Of a stretch of DNA of 64,000 bases, positions 9,687 to 19,787 are shown one piece after another. The DNA is from Thermoanaerobaculia bacterium (GTDB taxonomy: Bacteria > Acidobacteriota > Thermoanaerobaculia > Multivoradales > JAHEKO01): positions 18,584 through 82,583 of the forward strand of contig CAMYNM010000020.1 in NCBI GenBank assembly GCA_947259725.1. The letters run 5' to 3'. The position numbers and the translations under genes are program-made. Below the pieces are notes generated by a model. It ran no database searches. It was not told where the DNA came from and saw nothing but the letters and a program-made list of their open reading frames with translations. The first letter of the stretch is position 1. The number at the start of each line of letters is the position of its first letter.

Positions 9687-12600
9687 ATGGCGAAAGCAGG
9701 CAAGATTACTGTCGATGGCAACGAAGCCGCCGCGTCGGTCGCGTACCGGTCGAACGAGGTCATCGCCATCTACCCGATCACGCCGGCTTCGCCGATGGGC
9801 GAGCTCGCCGATGCCTGGTCCGTGGAGGGACGCTCCAACGTCTGGGGTCAGGTGCCTGACGTGGTCGAGATGCAATCCGAAGGCGGAGCCGCGGGCGCGA
9901 TTCACGGCGCCATCCAGGCGGGCTCGCTGGGAACGAGCTTCACCGCCTCGCAAGGGCTGCTGCTCAAGATTCCCAACATGTACAAGATCGCCGGGGAGTT
10001 GACGCCGTTCGTTCTGCACGTCGCGGCAAGGTCGCTGGCTACCCACGCCCTGTCGATCTTCTGCGATCACTCGGATGTCATGGCCGCCCGGCAGACCGGC
10101 TTCGCGATGCTCGCCTCCGGGTCGGTTCAGGAAGCGCACGACCTGGCGGCCATCGCCCAGGCCGCTACGCTCGAATCGAGGATTCCGTTCCTCCATTTCT
10201 TTGACGGCTTTCGGACCTCGCACGAGATTCAAAAGATCGACGAGATCACCGACCAGCAGCTTCGAGAGCTGATCCAGTTCGAGTGGGTCGAAGCGCATCG
10301 CGAGCGCGCCTTGAGCCCCGATCGACCGGTTCTACGCGGCACCGCTCAGAACCCGGACGCGTTTTTCCAGGCGCGCGAGGCCGCCAACGGCTTCTACGAC
10401 GCCTGTCCGGGAATCGTACGCGCCACGATGGCTCGCTTCGCCGAGCTCACCGGCCGTTCGTACGACCTGTTCGAATACGCGGGGCACCCGGATGCCGAGC
10501 GGGTGCTCGTCTTGATGGGCTCGGGCGCCGAGACCGTGCACGAAGTGGTAGATCGTCTGGCCTCCGCCGAGGAGCGAGTCGGGGTCGTCAAGGTGCGACT
10601 CTATCGGCCCTTCGACGTCGAGGCCTTTGCTCGGTCGCTGCCGCCCTCCGTGAAAGGAATCGCGGTGCTCGATCGCACCAAGGAGCCGGGCGCGGTGGGC
10701 GACCCACTCTATCTGGACGTGGTCACGGCGATCCGCGAGGCCGAGGCGCTCGGCGTCTCGAGCTGGTTGGCCACCCCGGGCGTCGTCGCGGGTCGCTACG
10801 GTTTGTCGTCCAAGGAGTTCGATCCAGCGTGCGTCGAAAGGGTCTTCGCAGAGCTTGCCGAGCCGTCGCCGCGCAACCACTTCACCGTCGGGATCGTCGA
10901 TGACGTCACCCACAGATCGCTCGATATTTCGCGAGAGAGCGCGCCGAAGGCCGACGGAACCGTCGGCGCCCTCTTCTTCGGCTTGGGCTCGGACGGCACG
11001 GTGAGCGCCAACAAGAACTCGATCAAAATCATCGGTGGGCAAACCGAGAAGCAGGTTCAGGGATACTTCGTCTACGACTCGAAGAAGGCCGGAGCGGTGA
11101 CGGTCTCCCACCTGCGCTTTGGGGACCGGCCGATCCGCTCGGCCTATCTGGTGGATCAGGCGGCATTCGTGGCCTGTCACCAGTTCGACTTCCTGGATCG
11201 TTTCGAGGTGCTCGAACGAGCGGGCCATGGGGCGACGTTTCTGCTCAATTCCCCGCACGCCGCGGAGGACGTTTGGGACTGGTTGCCGAGCGAGGTGCAG
11301 AAAGAGATCCTCGAAAAGGACCTCGCCTTTTGGGTGATCGACGCTTACGGTTTGGCTCGCGAGCTCGGCCTGGGTGGGCGGGTCAACACCATCATGCAGG
11401 CCGCCTTCTTCGCGCTGACCGATCTCCTGCCCAGTGGCAAGGCGCTGGCGGCGGTCAAAAAGGCGCTCGAGAAAAGCTACGGAAAGCGTGGCCCGGTGCT
11501 GGTGGAGAAGAACTTTCGCGCGGTCGATGCCGCGGTCGAGCGCCTTCACCGAGTCGAGATTCCGAAAGACGTGAGCGCGACTCGACACCGTCCGCCGATC
11601 GTGGCCGCCGAAGCGCCCGACTTCGTGCAGAAGGTGACCTCGGTGATGCTGGCGGGCAAGGGCGACCTGCTGCCGGTGAGCGCGTTCCCGATCGACGGCA
11701 CCTGGCCGACAGGCACCAGCCGGTGGGAGAAGCGCAACATCGCGCAGGAGATTCCGGTCTGGGAGCCCGACGTTTGCATCCAGTGCAACCACTGCGTGCT
11801 GGTCTGCCCGCACGCCGCGATCCGCTCCAAGGTTTTCGATCCCGCTCTCGAGAACGGTGGCAACGGCGCAGCCCCGGCTAGCTTTCTTTCGGTCGACTAC
11901 AAGGCTCCGGACTTCCGCGGCCTTCAGTACGCGCTCCAGGTTGCGCCTGAGGATTGCACCGGGTGTCACCTGTGCGTCGAGGTGTGCCCCGCCAAGGACA
12001 AGGCCAACCCGCGACGCAAGGCGATCAACATGCGGCCGCAGCGGCCGATACGCGATCGCGAGCGCGAGAACTACAGCTACTTCCTCGATCTTCCCGACGT
12101 CGACCGGGCCCTGATCCCGCGCGTCGACGCCAAGGGGTCTCAGTTCATGGAGCCTCTGTTCGAATACTCGGGAGCCTGCGCGGGCTGCGGCGAGACGCCG
12201 TACGTCAAGCTCATGACCCAGCTCTTCGGCGACCGCCTGTTGATCGCCAACGCCACCGGCTGCTCATCGATCTACGGCGGCAACCTCCCGACAACTCCGT
12301 TCACCAAGAACCGTGACGGTCGGGGGCCGGCCTGGTCGAACTCGCTGTTCGAGGACAACGCGGAGTTCGGGCTGGGATTTCGATTGGCGGTCGATCACCT
12401 GGAGAAGCAGGCTCGTTCGGAGCTCGCCGAGTTGGCGCACCGGGTCGGCAACGGGCTGGCGGCCGAGATCCTCGAAGCCGAGTCGCGTGGCGAAGGCGAG
12501 CTCTCGGCGCAGCGCAGCCGGGTCGAGCGCCTTCGGACCAAGCTCATCGCGATGAATGACCCACGCGCCGACCGGCTGGCCGGGATCGCCGACTACCTGG

Positions 12601-13295
12601 TCCGCAAGAGCGTCTGGCTCCTGGGCGGCGATGGTTGGGCCTATGACATCGGTTACGGCGGCCTCGATCACGTTCTGTCGCTCAAGCGCGACGTCAACGT
12701 TCTGGTCATGGACACCGAAGTCTATTCGAACACCGGCGGCCAGGCGTCCAAGGCGACGCCACTCGGCGCCTCGGCGAAGTTCGCGGTGGCCGGCAAGGAG
12801 ATCGGCAAGAAGGATCTGGGGCTCGAGGCGATGAGCTACGGTCATGTTTACGTGGCCTCGATCGCCTTCGGCGCAGACATGAACCACGCCGTCAAGGTGC
12901 TCGCCGAGGCGGAGTCGTACCAGGGACCGTCGCTGGTGATCGCCTACAGTCCTTGTATCGCGCACGGCTACGATCTCGCCCAGGGTGTCGAGCACCAGAA
13001 GCTCCTGGTCGAGTCGGGAATCTGGCCGCTCTACCGGTTCGATCCGCGGCGCACGGTGCAAGGGCTGCCGCCGCTCAAGTTCGACTCCAAGACGCCGAAG
13101 CGCAAGGTGAGCGAGGTTCTGCCGCTCGAGACCCGGTTCCGGATGGTCGAGAAGCTCGATCCGGCCCGCTACAAGAGATTCCTGGCGGAGAGCCAGAAGC
13201 ACGCCGAGCGCCGCTATGCGATTTACCAGCAGCTCGCCAGCGTTACGGTGCCCGCGGGCGAGGGTCTCGAGCCGCCGGCCGAGGGATCGAAGTGA
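9687..13295 (+). CDS. nifJ: pyruvate:ferredoxin (flavodoxin) oxidoreductase, single-polypeptide form
   Basis: 1202 aa. The N-terminal domain reads MAKAGKITVDGNEAAASVAYRSNEVIAIYPITPASPMGE. The TPP domain carries GGDGWAYDIGYGG. Two 4Fe-4S ferredoxin motifs are present (CIQCNHCVLVCPHAAI and CTGCHLCVEVCP). The ATG at 9687 is internal to the track ORF. Confidence 0.92.
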   Translation: MAKAGKITVDGNEAAASVAYRSNEVIAIYPITPASPMGELADAWSVEGRSNVWGQVPDVVEMQSEGGAAGAIHGAIQAGSLGTSFTASQGLLLKIPNMYKIAGELTPFVLHVAARSLATHALSIFCDHSDVMAARQTGFAMLASGSVQEAHDLAAIAQAATLESRIPFLHFFDGFRTSHEIQKIDEITDQQLRELIQFEWVEAHRERALSPDRPVLRGTAQNPDAFFQAREAANGFYDACPGIVRATMARFAELTGRSYDLFEYAGHPDAERVLVLMGSGAETVHEVVDRLASAEERVGVVKVRLYRPFDVEAFARSLPPSVKGIAVLDRTKEPGAVGDPLYLDVVTAIREAEALGVSSWLATPGVVAGRYGLSSKEFDPACVERVFAELAEPSPRNHFTVGIVDDVTHRSLDISRESAPKADGTVGALFFGLGSDGTVSANKNSIKIIGGQTEKQVQGYFVYDSKKAGAVTVSHLRFGDRPIRSAYLVDQAAFVACHQFDFLDRFEVLERAGHGATFLLNSPHAAEDVWDWLPSEVQKEILEKDLAFWVIDAYGLARELGLGGRVNTIMQAAFFALTDLLPSGKALAAVKKALEKSYGKRGPVLVEKNFRAVDAAVERLHRVEIPKDVSATRHRPPIVAAEAPDFVQKVTSVMLAGKGDLLPVSAFPIDGTWPTGTSRWEKRNIAQEIPVWEPDVCIQCNHCVLVCPHAAIRSKVFDPALENGGNGAAPASFLSVDYKAPDFRGLQYALQVAPEDCTGCHLCVEVCPAKDKANPRRKAINMRPQRPIRDRERENYSYFLDLPDVDRALIPRVDAKGSQFMEPLFEYSGACAGCGETPYVKLMTQLFGDRLLIANATGCSSIYGGNLPTTPFTKNRDGRGPAWSNSLFEDNAEFGLGFRLAVDHLEKQARSELAELAHRVGNGLAAEILEAESRGEGELSAQRSRVERLRTKLIAMNDPRADRLAGIADYLVRKSVWLLGGDGWAYDIGYGGLDHVLSLKRDVNVLVMDTEVYSNTGGQASKATPLGASAKFAVAGKEIGKKDLGLEAMSYGHVYVASIAFGADMNHAVKVLAEAESYQGPSLVIAYSPCIAHGYDLAQGVEHQKLLVESGIWPLYRFDPRRTVQGLPPLKFDSKTPKRKVSEVLPLETRFRMVEKLDPARYKRFLAESQKHAERRYAIYQQLASVTVPAGEGLEPPAEGSK

Positions 13296-13308
13296 TCGGA
13301 GTGCGTTG

Positions 13309-14307
13309 ATGGAGCTGAAGACCTCGTATCTGGGCCTCGAGCTCGCGCATCCGCTGATGCCCGGAGCTTCGCCTTTGGCCGATGATCTCGACACCGTCAA
13401 GCGGCTGGAAGACGCCGGAGCCGCGGCGATCACCCTGCGCTCGCTGTTCGAGGAGCAGATTGAGCACGAGCAGATGGCGACCGCGGCGTTTCTGGACGAG
13501 CCGGCGCATTCGTTCGCCGAAGCCATGAGCTACCTGCCGTCACCGGGCGACTTCGCGCTCGGGCCGGAGGAGTACTTGAATCAAGTCCGGCTGATCCGGG
13601 AAGCGGTCGCGCTGCCGGTCGTCGGGTCCCTCAACGGCACTCACAGTGGCCGCTGGCTCGAGTACGCGAGCCTGATCGAGGAGGCCGGGGCGTCGGCGCT
13701 CGAGGTCAACCTCTACGAGCTGGTGACCGATCCCAAGGTGAGCGCGAGCTGGGTGGAGGACTCGAGCGTCGTGATGATCGCCGAGCTCGCCGGCCGGATC
13801 GACATCCCGTTCGCGGTCAAGCTCTCGCCCTACTACTCGGCGCTGCCGAGCTTCGCGGCGCGGCTCGAGCAGGCCGGCGCCGCCGGGCTGATTCTCTTCA
13901 ATCGCTTCTACCAGGCCGACATCGACATCGAGGAGCTCGAAGCGGTGCGAAGCCTCCACCTGTCGGATTCGAGCTCGCTCCTGCTCAGGCTGCGCTGGCT
14001 GGCGATCCTGTCGAGCCAGAGGGAGTGCTCACTCGCCGTGTCGGGCGGCGTGCACAGCGTCGAGGACGCGATCAAGGCGATCATGTGCGGGGCCGACGGC
14101 GTCCAGATGGTCTCGGCGCTTCTCCAGCACGGCCCCGGGCGACTCACCGAGGTCCGCAACGGCCTGCGCGACTGGCTCGTCGATCACGAATACGAGTCGC
14201 TCGACCAGATGCGCGGCAGCATGAACCTCGCGCACTCGCCCGATCCCGCCGCCTTCGAGCGCGCCAACTACATGCAGATCCTGCAGAGCTGGCGTGGCGT
14301 GAGCTGA
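13309..14307 (+). CDS. dihydroorotate dehydrogenase-like (PyrD class 1 fold) protein
   Basis: MELKTSYLGLELAHPLMPGASPLADDLD... IPFAVKLSPYYS... LAVSGGVHSVEDAIKAIMCGADGVQMVSAL is a TIM-barrel flavoenzyme signature. It starts 14 nt after the PFOR stop. Confidence 0.75.
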   Translation: MELKTSYLGLELAHPLMPGASPLADDLDTVKRLEDAGAAAITLRSLFEEQIEHEQMATAAFLDEPAHSFAEAMSYLPSPGDFALGPEEYLNQVRLIREAVALPVVGSLNGTHSGRWLEYASLIEEAGASALEVNLYELVTDPKVSASWVEDSSVVMIAELAGRIDIPFAVKLSPYYSALPSFAARLEQAGAAGLILFNRFYQADIDIEELEAVRSLHLSDSSSLLLRLRWLAILSSQRECSLAVSGGVHSVEDAIKAIMCGADGVQMVSALLQHGPGRLTEVRNGLRDWLVDHEYESLDQMRGSMNLAHSPDPAAFERANYMQILQSWRGVS

Positions 14308-14379
14308 GGCGATGTAGACCGATCGAAGCGGTAGACTCGCGGCTGAACTCTCACCGCGACGAGCTTTTGGGAGCCAGCC

Positions 14380-14664
14380 ATGTGCCGAAATATCCGTCCC
14401 CTGTTCAATTTCGAGCCCCGAGCGACCGACGAAGAGCTCCGCGACGCGGCACTCCAGTACGTGCGCAAGATCAGCGGGATGCGCGCGCCATCGAAGGCCA
14501 ACGAGGCGACTTTCGAGCGGGCGGTGGATGAGGTCGCCGCGGCGACTCGGCGGTTGGTTGACGGCCTCGAAACGACCTCGCCGCCGCGCGATCGCGACGA
14601 GGAGCGGGCCAAGGCCCGGGCACGCTGGAAGAAACGTGCCGCGCGGATCGCATCGACCGCCTAG
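14380..14664 (+). CDS. DUF2277 family small protein
   Basis: MCRNIRPLFNFEPRATDEELRDAALQYVRKISG is the conserved N-terminus of this family. A GGGAG RBS precedes the start. Confidence 0.7.
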   Translation: MCRNIRPLFNFEPRATDEELRDAALQYVRKISGMRAPSKANEATFERAVDEVAAATRRLVDGLETTSPPRDRDEERAKARARWKKRAARIASTA

Positions 14665-16094
14665 CTGGACGGAACCTCGAACTCGATCGGACCGACGCCT
14701 TCGCACGCCGGGCCCAGCCCTTCGAGGGTGCCGCGTTTGAGAAACTCGATCGCCAGCGGCCGGGCGCAACCGAACGAGGCGTTGTGCCCTTCGTTGCGGG
14801 CGACGACGTGGCGAGTGTTCGAGAGATGCTCGGCCGCGCGGTCGGCGACGCCGTCGGGTGTCGAAGGATCGTAGTAGCCCGAGACCATCAGGACGGGCGC
14901 GTCTGAGGTGACCGGTCGGGTGAACTCGGCAGGTTCCGGGTTCGAGCGCCAGGCTTTGCAGGCATCGCCGTACTGATCGAGAAGATAGCGGCCGAGGAAC
15001 GATTTGCGGGTTGGCCCGGCGATCCGTTCCCAGTCGATGAACGGGATGTCCTCGGCGCAGTAGACCGCGAAATGAACGCCGAACGCGATCGATGGCCGCA
15101 CCGCTGCGTCGCGGCGCCAATGGACCTCGGCAAAGGCGCTCAGGTCTCCGGTCTGGGCGGCGCGATGGATCATCGCCGGGAGACTGGCGGTGCGGCCCGC
15201 GTTGTAGAGGATTCCGCGGATCGTGTAGGCGAAGTCGTTGCGGTGCATGCGGACTGTCGTCGTGCCGCTCTCGGCTTCGAAGCTAGTCGCGACCGGACCG
15301 CGCGCAAAGAGCCCGAGTACCTTCTCGAATTCCTTGCGGAGCTCGGGATACGCGGCGGCGCAGGAGGTCTGGTTGCCGCAGTCTTCGAAGACCCGCCCGA
15401 GGGCGCGCTGGGCGGCCGGAGCGAAGCCCGACGGCGCGGCGAAATCGGTGGGCACGACACCGTCGAAAAGCGCGCCCGCGATGCTTGCCGGATACTCGCG
15501 CAGGTAGACGAACCCGGTTCGGGTGCCTCCCGAGCCGCCCCACAGCAGGACCTTTCCGTAGCCAAGCCACTTCCTGACCGCTTCGAGGTCTCGCACCGCA
15601 TGGCGGCTGGTGTATAGGGTGACGTCGGCGTGCTGTTCCGCGGCCTCGAGACACTCGGCGACGTGGTCCGGGTCGAACAGCTGTCCGAAGGCGAGCTCGG
15701 GATGAGCTTCGGTGTCGGTCTGGCAGAGAATCGGGTTCGAGCCGCCGCTGCCTCGATGGTCGACAAAGACGAAGTCCCTGACCTTGCTGACTTCCGCAAA
15801 GGGCTTCTCGGCGAGCCGGGTGAGGTCGGTCGCGGATTGGCCCGGACCGCCGGCGAGCATGAACACCGGTTCGAGCCCGCTGGACTCGGCGGCGCGCAGG
15901 ACGACGATCTCGAGAGAGATCTTGCGGCCCTGGGGGAGGTCGGCGTTTTCCGCAACCTCGAGGTGGCCGCAGAAGGCGCGAGGACCGAGCTCCTCGTCTT
16001 CGCACGGGAAGAGTGCCCCTGAGCTCTCGGCGTCGAGACGCAGAGCGATGAAGGCGACGACGATCCAGCAACTCAAAGCGACTCGTGGCTTCAT
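14661..16094 (-). CDS. alpha/beta-hydrolase, peptidase S33 (tripeptidyl-aminopeptidase/proline-iminopeptidase-like), secreted
   Basis: Signal peptide. FMLAGGPGQSATD and HRGSGGSNP (nucleophile elbow region). Long cap and C-terminal domain. Confidence 0.7.
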   Translation of the reverse strand: MKPRVALSCWIVVAFIALRLDAESSGALFPCEDEELGPRAFCGHLEVAENADLPQGRKISLEIVVLRAAESSGLEPVFMLAGGPGQSATDLTRLAEKPFAEVSKVRDFVFVDHRGSGGSNPILCQTDTEAHPELAFGQLFDPDHVAECLEAAEQHADVTLYTSRHAVRDLEAVRKWLGYGKVLLWGGSGGTRTGFVYLREYPASIAGALFDGVVPTDFAAPSGFAPAAQRALGRVFEDCGNQTSCAAAYPELRKEFEKVLGLFARGPVATSFEAESGTTTVRMHRNDFAYTIRGILYNAGRTASLPAMIHRAAQTGDLSAFAEVHWRRDAAVRPSIAFGVHFAVYCAEDIPFIDWERIAGPTRKSFLGRYLLDQYGDACKAWRSNPEPAEFTRPVTSDAPVLMVSGYYDPSTPDGVADRAAEHLSNTRHVVARNEGHNASFGCARPLAIEFLKRGTLEGLGPACEGVGPIEFEVPSS

Positions 16095-16151
16095 TTCCGC
16101 GGTCCTTTCCGGTTCGTGCGCTTCTGGTACGGCTGCGGGTCGCTCGGAGTT

Positions 16152-17726
16152 TCAGGAGGCTTCCAAACGCTCACCGGCGTCGCGAGCGCGAGCGATCCTC
16201 GAGCCTTCCTCCTTGGCGACGTAGCGGCCCGAGATCCAGAAGCACACAAAGGCCGCGCCATAGGCGAGCATGGCAAACAGGAGCGCGCGCTGCAGACCGT
16301 CCGCGGCGCTCAGCCCGCCTTCGGCGAAATGGTCGCTCAGCTTGCCGATCGTGTACGGCCCGAGGGCGAGGCCGACGAAGGTCATCGACAGCAGGTAGAA
16401 GGCCGAGGCCGTCCCGCGCATTCGCGGCAGGACGATTTCGTTGGCGAGCGCGATCGCCGAGCCGATCCAGAACGGTGTTGCGAGCTGAAACAGGAACACA
16501 AGAACGTAGGCGGTACGAAGCTCTCTAGCGTTCAGGAAGAACAGGGCCGCGACCGAGGCGACGGCGGCGGTGCCCATGCCGACCAGAAGTCGCGCCTTGG
16601 GGTTGCGCTCTTTCAACCAGTCCGAGAACACTCCGCCCACCGTGACGCTGAGCCAGCCCGCGACCGCGGTGATCAGCCCCAGGACGAGCCCCACCTGACT
16701 AACGCTGGTGCCGAAGGTCCGGATGAAATAAGGAGCGAACCAGAAACCGATGCCATAGCCGACGAACGACATGAAGCCGAAGCCGATCATGCCGAAGATC
16801 ATGGTCTTGCTCTTGTAGATCAGGGCGAACGCCGGCGGGTCGCGGTGAGCCAGCCCCTGGAGCCACGAGAAGAAGGCGTACAGGCCGATCGCGAGCGCGA
16901 CCCACTGGGTGGTGTCCCCGGTCAGGGCGACCAGGCCCCAGGCGCCCAGGCCGCAGCCGGCGGCGATCGCGAGGTTGCGCAGAACGCCGCCGAGCCCGAG
17001 AGCGCTTCGGGCGATCGAAAGGACGGTAAACGGAGGCACGATGCTCGCGAGCTCACGGGCCAGCTCGCGAAACGGGTGCGGATGGTCCGCGGGGGTGGCG
17101 AGGCCTTCCGAGGCGCCGCGGATCGGTTCGCGCAATGTCGCCACCCAGAGCGCCATGGCGATACCGGGGAGGCCGACGCCGAAGAAGGCCGCCTGCCAAC
17201 CCACCAGGCCGAAGGGTCCACCCGCGGGGTACGCCTGGTTCCAGGTGTCGACGATCCAGCCGCCGAGGAACATGCCGATTCCGGAACCGAGAAAGACGCC
17301 GCTCGAGTAGATCGCGACCGCGGTGGCGCGGCGGCGCGGCGGAAAGTAGTCGCCGAGCATCGAGAACGCCGCCGGGCTCGCGCTGGACTCGCCGATGCCG
17401 ACGCCGATCCGGTACGCGGCCAGTGCGCCGAAGCCGCGGGCCGTGCCCGACAGCGCGGTCATGGCGCTCCACGCGAAGAGCCCCAGCGCGATGACCTTCT
17501 TGCGGCTCCAGATATCGGCCAGCCGGCCCAGGGGGATGCCGAAGATGGCGTAGAAGACCGCGAACGCGGTGCCGAAAAGAAACCCCAGGCTGGCGTCCGA
17601 AAGTCCCAGGTCGGCCTTGATGTCTTCGGCCAGGATCGACAGGATCTGGCGATCGATGAAGTTGAAGACGTAGACCAGGACCAGGACGGCGAGCGCGTAG
17701 TGCGGGTAGCGAGACGTCGGCCGCAT
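16152..17726 (-). CDS. MFS transporter (Spinster-like)
   Basis: 12-TM hydrophobic pattern. MFS motifs GRLADIWSRKKVIALG and YRIGVGIGES. Confidence 0.8.
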   Translation of the reverse strand: MRPTSRYPHYALAVLVLVYVFNFIDRQILSILAEDIKADLGLSDASLGFLFGTAFAVFYAIFGIPLGRLADIWSRKKVIALGLFAWSAMTALSGTARGFGALAAYRIGVGIGESSASPAAFSMLGDYFPPRRRATAVAIYSSGVFLGSGIGMFLGGWIVDTWNQAYPAGGPFGLVGWQAAFFGVGLPGIAMALWVATLREPIRGASEGLATPADHPHPFRELARELASIVPPFTVLSIARSALGLGGVLRNLAIAAGCGLGAWGLVALTGDTTQWVALAIGLYAFFSWLQGLAHRDPPAFALIYKSKTMIFGMIGFGFMSFVGYGIGFWFAPYFIRTFGTSVSQVGLVLGLITAVAGWLSVTVGGVFSDWLKERNPKARLLVGMGTAAVASVAALFFLNARELRTAYVLVFLFQLATPFWIGSAIALANEIVLPRMRGTASAFYLLSMTFVGLALGPYTIGKLSDHFAEGGLSAADGLQRALLFAMLAYGAAFVCFWISGRYVAKEEGSRIARARDAGERLEAS

Positions 17727-17739
17727 GGGGAGAAACGGG

Positions 17740-18762
17740 CTAGACGGTGCGGGCGGGCCGGAAGATCCGATCGTGGACTCTGAGCGCGTAGCGATCGGTC
17801 ATGCCCGCAACCACATCGAGAACCTGAGTCACCAGGGGCTCTTCGCGCAACCGGTAGCTCTCGGGCATCTCGTCGGGGTGCTCGAGGTAGTAGTCCACCA
17901 GGTCACGCAAGATCCTAACCGCCTTGGCCGCCTGGCTCTTGGACTCGGGTCTCAGGTAGACGTTCTCGAACATGAACTTCCGAAAGCCGTTCATGGCGTC
18001 GAGGATGGCTGGATCCATCGAGACCTCGCCTAGGCGCAGCGATTCTTCGATCACGGCGTGGATCATGGTCGAGACCCACTGCCGCCCCGGTTCGCCAAAC
18101 GCGCGACGACTCTCGGCCGGAAGCTGGTTCCGGCTCAGGATGCCGGCGCGCACCGCGTCTTCCATGTCGTGAACCAGGTAGGCGATGCGATCGGCGTAAC
18201 GGATCAGCATGCCCTCCTGAGTCGCCGGGCCGGGTTGGATCTTCCAAGTGTGCGCCCGGATGCCGTCGAGCACCTCCCAGCTCAGATTGATCGGCTCGAG
18301 CCGGCTGAAGACCCGCACGCCCTGCTCTGAATGGAGCCACTCGCCTTCGACGTAGGGCGAGAGGGCCTCCTCGCCGATGTGCCCGAAGGGAGCGTGCCCG
18401 ACCTCGTGGCCCAGGCAGATCGCCTCGGTGAGCGTTTCGTTGAGGCCGAGAGCCGCGGCCAGCGAGCGCGCGATCTGCGTGACCTGAAGGGTATGGGTGA
18501 GCCGGGTGACCACGTGGTCGCCCTCGGGATTGATGAACACCTGAGCCTTGTGCTTGAGCCGCCGGAAGGGCTTTGAGTAGAGGATCCGGTCGCGGTCCCG
18601 CTCGAAGCAGGTGCGATAGGTGTCGGGACTCTCGGCGCGCTCTCGCCCGCGACTGTCCGCGGAGCAGACCGCGATGGGAGACAGGCACTCGCGCTCGCGC
18701 TGTTCCCGGATGTCGCGCGTGAGTTTCAGGAATCCGGTTGTTGTCGCGTCGCTGACTGCCAA
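17740..18762 (-). CDS. dgt: dGTP triphosphohydrolase-like HD-domain protein (short Dgt type)
   Basis: YRTCFERDRDRILYSKPFRRLKHKAQV, HVVTRLTHTLQV..., HDVGHAPFGH and LIRYADRIAYLVHDMEDA. Confidence 0.8.
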   Translation of the reverse strand: MAVSDATTTGFLKLTRDIREQRERECLSPIAVCSADSRGRERAESPDTYRTCFERDRDRILYSKPFRRLKHKAQVFINPEGDHVVTRLTHTLQVTQIARSLAAALGLNETLTEAICLGHEVGHAPFGHIGEEALSPYVEGEWLHSEQGVRVFSRLEPINLSWEVLDGIRAHTWKIQPGPATQEGMLIRYADRIAYLVHDMEDAVRAGILSRNQLPAESRRAFGEPGRQWVSTMIHAVIEESLRLGEVSMDPAILDAMNGFRKFMFENVYLRPESKSQAAKAVRILRDLVDYYLEHPDEMPESYRLREEPLVTQVLDVVAGMTDRYALRVHDRIFRPARTV

Positions 18763-18815
18763 GACTGCTCCCTGCCGGTGCCTACGAAGTTGGCGAGTCT
18801 AGCAGCCCGTTCAGG

Positions 18816-19685
18816 TCAGGTGACCGCCCGGGGCGGCGAATAGAGCCAGATCACCCAGATCACGCCGGCAAGGGTCAGCGCGCCGCCGGCGAGTTGCAGC
18901 GGGGTCAGGCGGTCACCCAGAAACACGGTGCCCATCACCAACGTCAGAACAACCGTGAGTTGAAGAATCGCTCCGGCCTGGAGGTTGGTGACCCAGCGAT
19001 AGGCGTAGGTCATGAGCAGCTGGGCGGCGACGGAGGCGCCGCCTACGACTGCGAGAAGCAGCCACTCCGAAACCGTCGGTACCGCCATGTCGGCAAGACC
19101 GAAGGGTGCGGCGCAGAGCAGGCCGAACAGGCTGAAGCTGCCATAGATCGACCAGGAGCCCTCGGATCGACGGGCGGCTCGGATCGCGGTCACGGCTGCG
19201 CCGGAAAGGACGGCCGACGCGAGGGCGGCGCCTTCCCAGGGGCCGATGCTGAGGAGCTCTCCGGATGCGGCGTCACCACCGGCGGCGAGCACCATGCCGA
19301 CGAGTGCCAGCGCCGTGGGCGGCACGAGGCGGCGGTCCACGGGCTCATCGAGGAACAGGGCTGCGAAGAAAACGCTGAAGACCGGCGAAGAAAAATTGAG
19401 AAGGGTCGCGAGGCCCACCGGGATGTGAGCGATGGCCATGAAGTAGAGCAGCACCGCCGCCCCGCCGCAAAAGCCCCGATAGAACAAGAGATCGGCGCGT
19501 TGAAAGTCGAGAGCTCGCACGCCGAGCCGAGGTATGAACAGAAACGGCAGGAGCATGATGGCAAAGCGAATCGTGGCGATCTCTCCTCCCGGTAGTCGTG
19601 CCGAGACGACTTTTGTCGAGCAAGCCATCAGCGCGAAGAAGACCGCCGAGAGCGCGATCAGGAGTAGGGGATGGCGAGGTGGCAT
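18816..19685 (-). CDS. EamA/DMT family transporter
   Basis: Internal ATG 19683-19685 of the fused track ORF 18816..20654. Ten hydrophobic helices forming two EamA repeats. Confidence 0.7.
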   Translation of the reverse strand: MPPRHPLLLIALSAVFFALMACSTKVVSARLPGGEIATIRFAIMLLPFLFIPRLGVRALDFQRADLLFYRGFCGGAAVLLYFMAIAHIPVGLATLLNFSSPVFSVFFAALFLDEPVDRRLVPPTALALVGMVLAAGGDAASGELLSIGPWEGAALASAVLSGAAVTAIRAARRSEGSWSIYGSFSLFGLLCAAPFGLADMAVPTVSEWLLLAVVGGASVAAQLLMTYAYRWVTNLQAGAILQLTVVLTLVMGTVFLGDRLTPLQLAGGALTLAGVIWVIWLYSPPRAVT

Positions 19686-19787
19686 GAGCAGCCGGAGCAG
19701 CCGGGCAGATGGAAGTGCTCGGTCCGGCGAGGTTAGGGGAGTCGTGCGCCTGTTGGTAGAGTCTCTTCGAGTCACGCCGATTCCGCT

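Noticed and set aside
10332-11969. Long antisense ORFs opposite confidently assigned genes (e.g. 10332-11969-, 12264-13526-, 16116-17783+, 20522-21751-, 21935-23125-, 37072-38712+, 42522-44450-, 51161-52498+, 53929-55230-, 57917-59446-)
   Set aside because: They are shadow ORFs typical of high-GC DNA: Arg/Gly/Pro/Ala-rich, with no recognisable motifs. Each lies opposite a gene with strong family signatures.
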